Part shown: one piece after another, positions 1 through 10,378 of the stretch
Position numbering within the stretch: position 1 is the stretch's first letter
Layout of the letters: each line of letters begins with the position of its first letter
Assembly: GCF_009914755.1 (NCBI RefSeq)
Contig: NC_060925.1
Source of the DNA: the human T2T-CHM13v2.0 reference genome, Homo sapiens
DNA: 64,000 nucleotides
Strand: one strand, 5' to 3'
The notes under the pieces: model-generated
What the model saw: only the letters and a program-made list of their open reading frames with translations
Told to the model about the DNA's origin: nothing
Database searches by the model: none
Made by a program: the position numbers and the translations under genes

Positions 1-150
1 AGGTTGCGACAGCGCGCACCCGGATACCTTCAGCGGCGTTAAGCCCGGCGGGGGCGGGGAAACCGAGCGAGCGAGCGGGCGGGCGAACGCCGCGGCCGCC
101 TCCGCCTCCTCCGCTTCCTCCCTGGCCGCCGCCTCCGCCCCTGGTTGGCC
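1..150 (-). other. FAF1: Probable 5' part of FAF1 exon 1 (5'UTR); CDS outside the window
   Basis: Inferred from the known FAF1(-)/CDKN2C(+) divergent arrangement and the GC-rich leader-like sequence. TSS position is approximate and no FAF1 coding sequence is visible. Confidence 0.6.
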
Positions 151-420
151 AGCGCCACGGCTGTCGCACATTTTGCCTGTCATCGAGGTCGCAAAGCGCC
201 GCTTTGCGGCTCCACGTGACCACCCTCCTGTCAAGCGCTGAGCGCGCGACTACCCGGCCAGGATCTCTGCGCTGGCGGCAGAGACTGCAACCTGCAGCTG
301 CGGAAGCTTCAAGTCTCGCAACAGGTTATTCCAGTTTGGATTTAAGCAAAGGCCTCAGGATAGCGCCTCCCCCTAGCTGAGGCGGGGACCAGATTGTGCA
401 CCTCACGTGGTTAGTCACAC
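1..420. promoter_or_regulatory. CpG-island promoter (FAF1 promoter, probably bidirectional)
   Basis: Very high GC/CpG content, GC boxes (GGGGCGGGG near 51-59), E-boxes CACGTGAC at 213-220 and CACGTG at 404-409. It lies ~8.5 kb upstream of the CDKN2C promoter, where FAF1 is known to start head-to-head. Confidence 0.8.
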
Positions 421-889
421 AAATACACACCACCCTCACAAACCAACTAAACACACTGTTACAACTCGTCTAACAAACAGCATTTCAGAAATATATGTTT
501 TTCTCTACAATGTTTCAGCAAAATACAGCTTCATATAGTCTCTCACGCTCAACCTGTCAAAACCGAATCCACACTGTCACACCCAGTCCCAAGCTCCCTG
601 ACGTCTGCATCCTCAGACTCCGTAACACAGAAGTAACCAGACTGCCATGGTAGACATGGGAGAGACGAGGAAGCTGAGAAAGGTAAAAATCTCGTTCCAG
701 AGAAGAGGAGGAGCATTTTTTTTAATTGATAAGGTAGTTATGAGAAATAACAACCTCGAGTTAATAGGGTTGCTCCAAAGGGGGAAAAAAGGGAAAACCT
801 TTCTACTGCTGCAGTTATATTTGTTTTTTTAAGCTGAGACATCTTACAAATGGGATAAAACTTGAATCCAGCTTTGAATATAGTCAGTC

Positions 890-1212
890 TATTTTTATTT
901 ATTTATTTATTTATTTATTTATTATTTTGAGACGGAGTCTCGCACTGTGGCCCGGGCTGGAGTGCAGTGGCGCGATCTCGGCTCGCTGCGACCTCCGCTT
1001 TCTGGGTTCAAGCGATTCTCCTGCCTCAGCCTCCATAGTAGCTGGGATTACAGGCTCCCGCCACCAAGCCCGGCTAAGTTTTTTTTGTATTTTTAGTAGA
1101 GACGGGGTTTCACTATGTTGGGCAAGCTGATCTCGAACTCCTGTCCTCGTGATCCGCCCTCCTCGGCCTCCCAAAGTGTTGGGATTACAGGCGTGAGCCA
1201 CTGCACCCGGCC
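890..1212 (-). mobile_element. Alu (AluS-type), full length
   Basis: Reverse-complement Alu dimer with (TTTA)n tail, ending CCCGGCC at 1212. Confidence 0.95.
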
Positions 1213-1574
1213 TATTCATTTTCATAAGAAATTATTTTGGAATATTCACCAAATATTGAAAGTTTCAACCCATGGTCAGAAATTGACAACCTCTGTAACT
1301 AAAACAGCCAAAGACTATGTACAATGAAGTGTGACAGTTTGTAATTGTCGTCCAGGTTAGAGAAAGTGTGACAGTGGAAGTTGTTCATCCTTGACTTGGG
1401 AAAATATCAGCTTCTGGATTGTCATGGGGCATTTACTTGCTTTGGAAAGTATGTAAAAGCTTGAAAATGTGAAGTAAGATTGCTGATTTTATCCTGTAGA
1501 GCTAAAATAACTAGTGAAATCATCATGTAGCATGAAGGCCTAGGCTTCCCTTAAGAACTTTTTAAACTTGTATC

Positions 1575-1710
1575 ATTTATTTACTTTTTTAGAGACAGGG
1601 CCTCACTATGTTGCCCAGGCTGGCTTCCAACTCCTGTGCTCAAGCCATCCTCCCACCTCAGCCTCCTGAGAGTGGGGATTACAGGTGTGAGCCATACCAC
1701 CACACCCAGC
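1575..1710 (-). mobile_element. Alu monomer (FLAM-like)
   Basis: Single Alu arm; flanking direct repeat AAGGCCTAGGCT at 1535-1546 and 1711-1722. Confidence 0.85.
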
Positions 1711-1974
1711 AAGGCCTAGGCTCCATAAACTGGGAATATATTCATGAGAAATCAGAAATATGACTTAATTGTTCAGTTTCACTGAATATAAAGAAGTGCA
1801 CTGTATTATGATCTGAGTTTATTCTGTGTGTTTCCTTAAATGAAAATAGGCTGGCCTACAGTTCTTAAGTACTAATCTGTGTTTAGACCAGAATTAGCTA
1901 GATAATAGAACCCTCCACAGTCACATGAATCAAAATGTCTTGCTTAATTTTCAGCCGTAAGAAAATAATTCCAT

Positions 1975-2275
1975 GGCCAGGGCAGTGGCTTATGCCTATA
2001 ATCCCAACACTTTGGGAGGCCGAGGCAGGCAGATCACTTGAGGTCAGGAGTTCAAGACCAGCCTGGCCAACATAGTGAAATCCCATCTCTGCTAAAAATA
2101 ATACAAAAATTAGCTGGGCATGGTGGCATATGCCTGTAGTCCCAGCTACTAGGGAGGCTGAGGGAGGAGAATCACCTGAACCTGGGAGGTGGAGGTTGCA
2201 GTGTGAACCAAGATCACACTACTGCACCCCAGCCTGGGTGACAGAGTAAAACTGTTTCAAAATAAATAAATAAAT
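1975..2275 (+). mobile_element. Alu (AluSx-like)
   Basis: Full dimer with A-tail; TSD-like AAGAAA(A/G)TAATTCCA on both sides. Confidence 0.95.
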
Positions 2276-3889
2276 ATTTTTTTAAAAAGAAAGTAATTCC
2301 AAAAGTCAGCACAAATGTGAATCATGAGGCAAAACACAGCACCAATAATATAAATGTGGCAATTCAGTTGCCCCATTCATATAGGCCACCCTCAGTATAA
2401 GGCAGGTGAATAATTGTTTCTAGTTATATGGCCAAGGATTAATGCAGTCCTAAAAAGTTGAGAGTTTTTCTCTGTAATGATGCGTGTGTACCTCAGAACC
2501 CATTCAAATCCCATGTTGCTCCCTTTTTCTTTCCTTTCTCTCCATCTGGAAATTAAAACAATGTGGTATGTAGAACAATGGGATGAACACACTAGACATT
2601 CAGGCATATATTAGTACTGCTTTTCCAAATAATTAGCTGAGGGAACTTGGATGAGTCACTTAATCTCTCTGACTTCAGCTACTCACAGGACTATTTCCTC
2701 TGATAAATGAAAAAACAATTATGAAAATGCATGGAAAATATAAAATATTGGTATCACACTAACATAAATTTAATAGTCAATAATTGTGGTTTGAGTTCTA
2801 ACTCTGCTCTTTAACAAAGGCTCTCTGGTTCTATTTCTTTATCTCTAAAATTGGGCTAAAAAGCTTGTGATTTTGAATGTTGAATGATCAAATGCTTGTG
2901 AAAATTCCTCATAAACCTTAAAACTCTCCAAACATATTAGTTATTACTCTGTATACCAATTCCTAAATGCTTTTCTCAGGACCACCCCTTTCATAAAATT
3001 TAAGCCAGTAAGGATCTTTCTCCTTTCTAATTACTGCTTTTACTATCTTTACAACACAACTTAGTGCTCCAGTAAATTTTGTAATTTTTTTCTCTAATTG
3101 TTTTCATATATGTATGTTTAATCTCCCCCCAAAGGTTGAAAGTTTCTTGAGATTATAAACCGCTTTATGCCATGTGTTTTTATATTCACCATAGTGCAAA
3201 CATAGCAAAGTCTTGTGAACATAACAGATGGCAAATGCTTTTGAATTTATTAATTTTTATTGGGAGTCTACTATGTACAGATACATTACAAACTTTATCT
3301 CATTTAATATTTACAACTACTACTTTACAGAATATAAAGCTGCTCTGGCAAGTTAAGAATTTGCTCAAAGTCATGCTACAGAGTGACAGACCTAGGATTC
3401 AAGACTAGGTCAAATTAGTGCTCCTTCCACTTACCATGTTGCCTCTGTACAATTTCCCTTCCATGCTGCTTAGTTTATACCATTCCCAAAGACACTGTTT
3501 CTTCCCTATGGCCTAACTCTTCATGGTTGGATACCTAGCATCCAGAGTGGTTATCTACTACAGATAAGAGAAGGGAAGAAAAATAAATACTGAATTAGGA
3601 GAAAAAAAATCATTTTTCATTTCTCCAGAATTCCATCCTTAAGAGAAACAATTTCAGTTAAGTGTCATAAACCAAAAGAAGGAAATGTAAAGAAATTTGG
3701 TCCATGCACGAGCAAAGAAAAGTAATTTTAATTTATCTATTCTCATAGTTGGCCCACAGTAGTTCATGGAGCTCAGCCTAAGTTAAATACAGATCTTTTT
3801 CTAGAATCTCCATGTTCTTTTAAAAGAAACTTTTATATCATCTTTATTTCCAATATAAATAATAAATATTATTTATATTTTACTAAATT

Positions 3890-4350
3890 TTTATTTGAAA
3901 TTATTTTAGAATACTTCCAAAGACAGTACAGAATGTTCCTATATGCTTTTAGCCCATTTTTCTCTAATGTTACCATCTTATTTAACATGGTACATCTATC
4001 AAAACTAGGAAATTAACACTGCTAAATACTACTAGTTAAATTCTGGAGGCTCTATTTGGATTTTTACACTAATGTCCTTTTCTTGTTCCATGGTCCAATA
4101 ATACCACATTACATTTAGTTGTCATGTCTCAGTAGCCTCTTCCAATCTGTGACAGTTTCTCAGTGGACACTTCTGAAGAGTCAGGAACTTTATAAAATCT
4201 CCCTCAATCTGGGATTACCTAATGTATTCTCAGAATTACACTGAGATGTGTATCACCGCAGAGGTGATATGTCCTTGTTACATCATATCAAGGCCATGTG
4301 TTATCAACTTGAGTTATTACTGGTAGTGATAACCTTGATTCTTTGGTTAA
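3890..4350 (-). mobile_element. Old L1 (L1MC-like) 3' UTR fragment
   Basis: Resembles the L1MC 3' end (ACTAATGTCCTTTT...CACATTACATTTAGTTGTCATGTCTC); recognised by eye. Confidence 0.55.
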
Positions 4351-4648
4351 GATAACCAATTTCTTAAATAATACTTCTTGCTCATAATGTAATTCATGAG
4401 AAAACTAATGCTACTGCACATATGTATTTCATCTAGTGATTTAGTGTTGTTTAGGATACTAGTGGCGGACCCTGGACTAATGGAAAAAGTATAAGGTTTG
4501 GAGCCCCAAGAACTGAATTCAAATCCTATGTCTAGTATTCACTGACTTTAAATCACAATTTCTGCCAGCCTCAATTCCCTCACCTGAAATACGGGGATTA
4601 TTATCACAGTCACTTCACAGAATTGTTGTAAAGATTAATATATGCATT

Positions 4649-4932
4649 GGCTGTGTGTGGTGGCTCACACCTGTAATCCCAGCACTTTGGGAGGCCAAGG
4701 TGGGCGGATCATGAGGTCAGGAGTTCGAGACCAGCCTGACCAACATGGTGAAACCCTGTCTCTACTAAAGATACAAAAATTAGCCGGGCGTGGTGGTGCG
4801 CACCTGTAATCCCAGGTACTCGGGGGCTGAGGCAGAAGAATTGCTTGAACCTAGGAGGCAGAGATTGGAGTGAGCTGAGATCGCGCCACTGCACTCTGCC
4901 TGGGCGACAAAGCGAGATTCAGTCTCAAAAAT
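4649..4932 (+). mobile_element. Alu (AluS-type) inserted in a MIR-like remnant
   Basis: Full dimer; ATATGCAT repeated on both flanks. Confidence 0.93.

Positions 4933-4934
<2 letters not shown>

Positions 4935-4978
<44 letters not shown>
4935..4978 (+). repeat. (AGAT)11 tetranucleotide microsatellite in the Alu tail
   Basis: Eleven perfect AGAT units counted. Confidence 0.97.
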
Positions 4979-4979
<1 letters not shown>

Positions 4980-5096
4980 TGCATCATATTTTATAACCAT
5001 GAAACACTATACAAATATTAATTGTTGCTATTATTTTTCAGCTTTTGGGTTGCTTACTGGGCTTTTTTTCCTTCTTACTTTAACGAAGAACTTTCA

Positions 5097-5383
5097 GGCC
5101 GGGTGCGGTGGCTCACACCTGTAATCCTAGCACTGTGGGAGGCTGAGTCGGGCAGATCATGAGGTCAGGAGATGGAGACCATCCTGGCCAACGTGGTGAA
5201 ACCCCATCTCTACTAAAAATACAAAAATTAGCTGGGTGTGGTAGTGGGCGCCTGTAATCCCAGCTACTCAGGAGGCTGAGGCAGGAGAATGGCTTGAATT
5301 TGGAGGTGGAGGTTGCAGTGAGCCGGGATCGCGCCACTGCACTCCAGCCTGATGACAGAGAGAGACTCTGTCTCAAAAAAAAA
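5097..5383 (+). mobile_element. Alu (AluSc-like)
   Basis: Full dimer; TSD AAGAACTTTCA at 5086-5096 and after the tail. Confidence 0.93.
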
Positions 5384-5391
5384 AGAACTTT

Positions 5392-5622
5392 CAGCCTGGC
5401 CAATATAGTAAGACCCCATCTCCACAAAATTAGAAAAATTATCCAGGCATGGTGGAGCATGCCTGTGGTCCCAGCGACTCCAGAGGCTGAGGTAGGAGGG
5501 TCACTTGGACCTGGGAAGTCAAGGCTTCAGTGAGCCATGATCATGACCAAGCCACTGCACTCTAGCCTGGGCAACAGAGTGAGAACCTGTCTCAAAAATA
5601 AAATAAAATAAAAATAATAAAA
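5392..5622 (+). mobile_element. 5'-truncated old Alu (AluJ/FRAM-like)
   Basis: End of left arm, right arm and (AAAAT)n tail; diverged. Confidence 0.85.
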
Positions 5623-5855
5623 AATTTTCATAAATAAGTACCTATATGAAAAAAACCACTGAATCTCAGAAATAAAATGCTGAAGCTACAATTATAAAGT
5701 CACATAAAAGGCTGCCTGGGGGTGCCCAGTCTGTTTTCCACCTCTGTTGATCTATAAATACAACAAAAAGGAAAACTTTGAGACCAGTTAAATAAATGGT
5801 AAATACCACATACACATTTCCAAAAGTTAATCATTCAGAAACTGTACCTACTTGA

Positions 5856-5964
5856 GTCAATGAGGGAAAAGCACAGAATAATTTGACTGAATCACATTTC
5901 TATTCTATGTCAATGAGGGAAAAGCACAGAATAATTTGACTGAATCACATTTCTATTCTATGTC
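5856..5964. repeat. Perfect 53-bp tandem duplication
   Basis: GTCAATGAGGGAAAAGCACAGAATAATTTGACTGAATCACATTTCTATTCTAT at 5856-5908 and 5909-5961. Confidence 0.97.
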
Positions 5965-5966
5965 TC

Positions 5967-6240
<274 letters not shown>

Positions 6241-7944
6241 TGATTATGAACTGCTGGAGCAAAAGGTTTCCATGACTGTTAATATTTAATATCTAACTAT
6301 AAAGGCTATATTTCAGTATTTGATGTACTTATCATTTTGATGTTAAAAAGGAAAGCACCACTCTCAATATAGTAGAAACTTAACTATGAATTTTTCTTGT
6401 AAGCCATGTTAGAATATAAGCTTATTGAGGGTAGAGATACCCTTGAATCTGCTGTAGTGAACTAGCCCTCAATAAATACTAGATTTTCATTGGAGTTACT
6501 GTGTAATACTTATGTATGCCTTCTGAACTAAGACCCTAAGCTCTGCACTGCCAATTCTGGTTTACCCAACAGGCAGATGAAGCATATGCTTCAGGGCACC
6601 AGCAAAACCAGAATGTTAAAAAAAAAAAAAAACCTTTGCCAAATAATTTAATATCTCAGCAAAACCACTGAAGTAGCCATCATGGGAAAAAAATCAGAAC
6701 TTTGTTGGACTTTTTTACTGTTATTTTGGGGTTCTGTTATTTTTCTTTTTATTTCTATATAAGGAAGAGGTGGTAGAACATCAAAATCTTTTCAGTGCTT
6801 AGGGCCTCCAAAAATCTTAATACAACTCTGTGTACATCTTAAATTATCATAAGTTTTCCTTAGTTGTTCAGCAATAAGCATTTTATTTCATGAAAATTAT
6901 AGTACGTTTACCCGTACTTTATGTAATCATACAATTTAAGATTCTTCCTCTTTACAATTTATCTCTAAGCAAGAAACCATAATAAATGCTAGAAGGCAAT
7001 CCTCATAAATTGGACTAATACCAGTTCTCTTTTATCAGCCAACAGTGCTAATATGTCCTCACACCCTCTGGCTGTATGAAAAGATTACACAGTTCCCAGA
7101 ATAATCAAAAGTAAATTATTATTTATTTCTTACTGGTATAAATGGAATCTTAAATGTTTCTATTTGAAACGTCTACATATATGTAAGAAAAAGAGAGTTA
7201 ATTTCTTGTTTTGTAGTTCTCATTTGATTCACAATTCAAGTTTAGTTACCTAAGAAAAGAACTCTAGTTTTTTTCTCAACAATTACATTAAAGAAAACAC
7301 TGCCAGATTCTTCCCAGTTTCAACTTTCCCTCTACCTACCAATCTCTTGCTGGATGATTACCCAGATATTTCTGGTGTGTTTTGTTGCTAATACTCCCAG
7401 TGTACTTCAAGAAGGGTACAGATACTGCTTGAGGATCCGCTTGCCAAAGGCCGGTTCTAATTAGACTTGTCATTTTTTGCTTGGTTTCATTTTGACCACT
7501 GGGTGCATCATGCAACCGTGTTGGATATTTTTAAGAGTATAAAAATACAGAAAGCAATAGTTAATTAATCTCACATAGCTAAAAGAGGAAGTTAAAAGTA
7601 CTGGAAATTGGTGTCGGATGATTAAATAAAGGATTAGGAGAGAGACCATTCTAGACACCCTCCCCAACCCCACATCCCCAAAATCCAAGCCACTTCTAAG
7701 TAGTGAGAGAACTTCGGCAACCAAGAAATGGCTTTGTTAGAAAACACTTCACACGACTTATTTTAAATTTTGCTTTAAATTTAATTGCTTTTCTCCTTTT
7801 TCTCTAATAATAGGACTATTTCGCAGTTTCCAGTCCTTGATTAATTAAGGCTTCAGAGTTCGTTCTTACATATGCCATGTCTTAAGTTTTCATAAAATTC
7901 AGTCTACACAAGACTTGCTTTTTGTGAGCACTGTGCTTAGTGGC

Positions 7945-9780
7945 AGTCCGGATTTTTCCCTCCACCCCCGCGGCCACCCCTGCCCACCGCGCCGTCGGGC
8001 ATGGATCTGGCAGGTGCGAGGCCGAGGCCCAGGGCTCAGCGAAGGACGCCGAGTTTACAGAGCGCGCGCGCCCTAGAGGAGGCAGCAGCAGCCGCAGGCC
8101 TGGCCGCCCGAACTTTGCGAGCCTGGCGGGGGAGCACAGAGGCGGGCCGACCTGCCCCGCTAGCGCTGAGGAACGACTCCCTTTATGCCAGCTCGCTGTC
8201 CGCCTTCCCGCAGCGTACGCTGCGGAGCCTCAAAGACCCTGCGGCCCTCCACAACCGTCTTAAATAACAAACCCCTGTCCTCGCCCCCGTAGGAATTGGG
8301 GCAGCTGGGGGTTCGCGTCACAGACTCAAGCCCGCCAGCAGAAGGGCAGGCCGGACTTCGCGGGGCCGAACCCCGCTCCAGCTGGGGACAGGCCGCCTAG
8401 CCGGCAGGAGGGAGCCGGCGCGAGAGACTTGACGGGAGGAGGTGGAGAGCGGGAGGCGGGAATGAGGGCGCGGGACCGGGCGGGCGGAGCGTGCGAGACT
8501 GCGAGCGCGAGCGCCAGCAGGGCGGAGGGCGGGGCGTGGGCGGCGCCCGGCCTTCCCGCTCCCGCGGCGCTGCAACTCTGCCGAGCCTCCTTAAAACTCT
8601 GCCGTTAAAATGGGGGCGGGTTTTTCAACTCAAAAAGCGCTCAATTTTTTTCTTTTCAAAAAAAGCTGATGAGGTCGGAAAAAAGGGAGAAGAAACCGGC
8701 ACCCTCTCTGAGAGGCAACAGAAGCAGCAATTGTTTCAGCGAAAAAAGCAGCAAGGGAGGGAGTGAAGGAAAAAAGCAAAAAAGGGGGCGACACGCAAGT
8801 GCCTGTAGGGGTGAAAGGAGCAGGGACCGGCGATCTAGGGGGGGATCAGCTACAAAAGAAACTGTCACTGGGAGCGGTGCGGCCAAGGAGGAAGCAGTGC
8901 TGCCAGGCTCTGCTCCAGGGCACAGCTGGCTGGCGGCTGCCCTGTCCGCAGCAAAGGGGCACAGGCCGGGGACCGCGAGAGGTGGCAAAGTGGCACCGGG
9001 CGCCGAGGCTGCTGAGCGCTCGCCGAGACGGCGACCGGACTGGCTGCCCCGGAACTGCGGCGACTCTCCCTACTCAGAACTTGGCCTACGTTTCCCAGGA
9101 CTCTCCCCATCTCCAGAGGCCCCCACAAAACCGGGAAAGGAAGGAAAGGACAGCGGCGGCAGCAGCTCAATGAGTGCCTACAGCAGAAAGCCTGAACGAG
9201 CTCGGTCGTAGGCGGGAAGTTCCCGGGGGGGCTGCCCAGTGCAGCCGCAATGCTGCCGCGAGCTGCCCCAGCAGTCCGGGCTCCGTAGACGCTTTCCGCA
9301 TCACTCTCCTTCCTCGGGCTGCCGGGAGTCCCGGGACCTGGCGGGGCCGGCATGACGGGCTTCTCGGGGGCCCGCCGCACGCCCGGCAGCCTCCGGAGAC
9401 GCGCGCCGAGCCCGGCTCCCACGGCCTCTGAGGCTCGGCGGGGCTGCGGCTGCCTGGCGGGCGGGCTCCGGAGCTTTCCTGAGCGGCATTAGCCCACGGC
9501 TTGGCCCGGACGCGACCAAAGGCTCTTCTGGAGAAGCCCAGAGCACTGGGCAATCGTTACGACCTGTAACTTGAGGGCCACCGAACTGCTACTCCCGTTC
9601 GCCTTTGGCGATCATCTTTTAACCCTCCGGAGCACGTCAGCATCCAGCCACCGCGGCGCTCTCCCAGCAGCGGAGGACCCAGGACTATCCCTTCGGCGAG
9701 ACGGATGGAAACCGAGCCCCCTGGAGGACCTGCCCCTGCAGTTCTGCCTCACACGGCTCAAGTCACCACCGTGAACAAGG
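7945..9780. promoter_or_regulatory. CDKN2C: CpG island over the CDKN2C upstream promoter and exon 1
   Basis: High CpG density, GC boxes (GGGCGGGG 8527-8534), E2F-type TTCCCGC at 8553-8559, reverse CHR-like TTCAAA at 8655-8660. Consistent with known E2F/DREAM control of CDKN2C. Confidence 0.88.
8580..9780 (+). other. CDKN2C: CDKN2C non-coding exon 1 of the long transcript (5' end approximate)
   Basis: Donor AAGG|GTGGGT at 9780/9781; acceptor TTTTCCTGATCGTCAG|GAC at 10238/10239; matches the known long-leader p18 mRNA. Confidence 0.75.
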
Positions 9781-9989
9781 GTGGGTGAATGCCTTTTCTT
9801 CCCCCTGAATGTCTTTCCTTCCGCGGTATTTTCTGCCCCGATCTATAGTCCCTTGAGTCTCCACACACACTCCTCACAGAGATCTGTAGCGTAGGTACGT
9901 GACAGCTCTGCCTACATCTGACGTCCGGAGTCATTAACCAGGAATGTATGTGTGTCTGTGTGTCTCTCTGTGGAGTCGTCAGAATTCTT

Positions 9990-10120
9990 CATAGGGGTTA
10001 AGCTAAAAAAGCGAGGCGAGGAGCCCCTCTCCAATGGCTCAGTTTTGCTGAATAATCACGTGTGAATCGAGGGGCGGGCTTTTGGCAGGCAGATCTTACT
10101 AGTATTTACTACCAAGCTCT
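9990..10120 (+). promoter_or_regulatory. CDKN2C: Probable internal CDKN2C promoter for the short transcript
   Basis: CCAAT at 10031-10035, CACGTG at 10057-10062 and GGGGCGGG at 10071-10078, clustered ~200 nt upstream of the ATG. A short-leader p18 transcript from a downstream promoter is known. Confidence 0.6.
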
Positions 10121-10249
10121 ACTCCAGATTAACCATCCCAGTCCTTCTGTCAGTCTCCGATGCCATCATGCAGCCTGGTTAGGAGCAAAGGAAAGGGGAA
10201 AAAGAAAAACGACTAATTCATCTTTTCCTGATCGTCAGGACCCTAAAGA

Positions 10250-10378
10250 ATGGCCGAGCCTTGGGGGAACGAGTTGGCGTCCGCAGCTGCCAGGGGGGAC
10301 CTAGAGCAACTTACTAGTTTGTTGCAAAATAATGTAAACGTCAATGCACAAAATGGATTTGGAAGGACTGCGCTGCAG
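10250..10378 (+). CDS. CDKN2C: CDKN2C / p18INK4c first coding exon (aa 1-43)
   Basis: Translates MAEPWGNELASAAARGDLEQLTSLLQNNVNVNAQNGFGRTALQ; Kozak AGAATGG; phase-0 donor CAG|GTTGGT at 10378/10379. Confidence 0.98.

Noticed and set aside
7940-9553. Other long ORFs in the CDKN2C CpG island (e.g. 185 aa and 128 aa on the minus strand)
   Set aside because: Same GC-rich artefact, with no recognisable domain. Only sense AUG-initiated leader ORFs were kept as findings.
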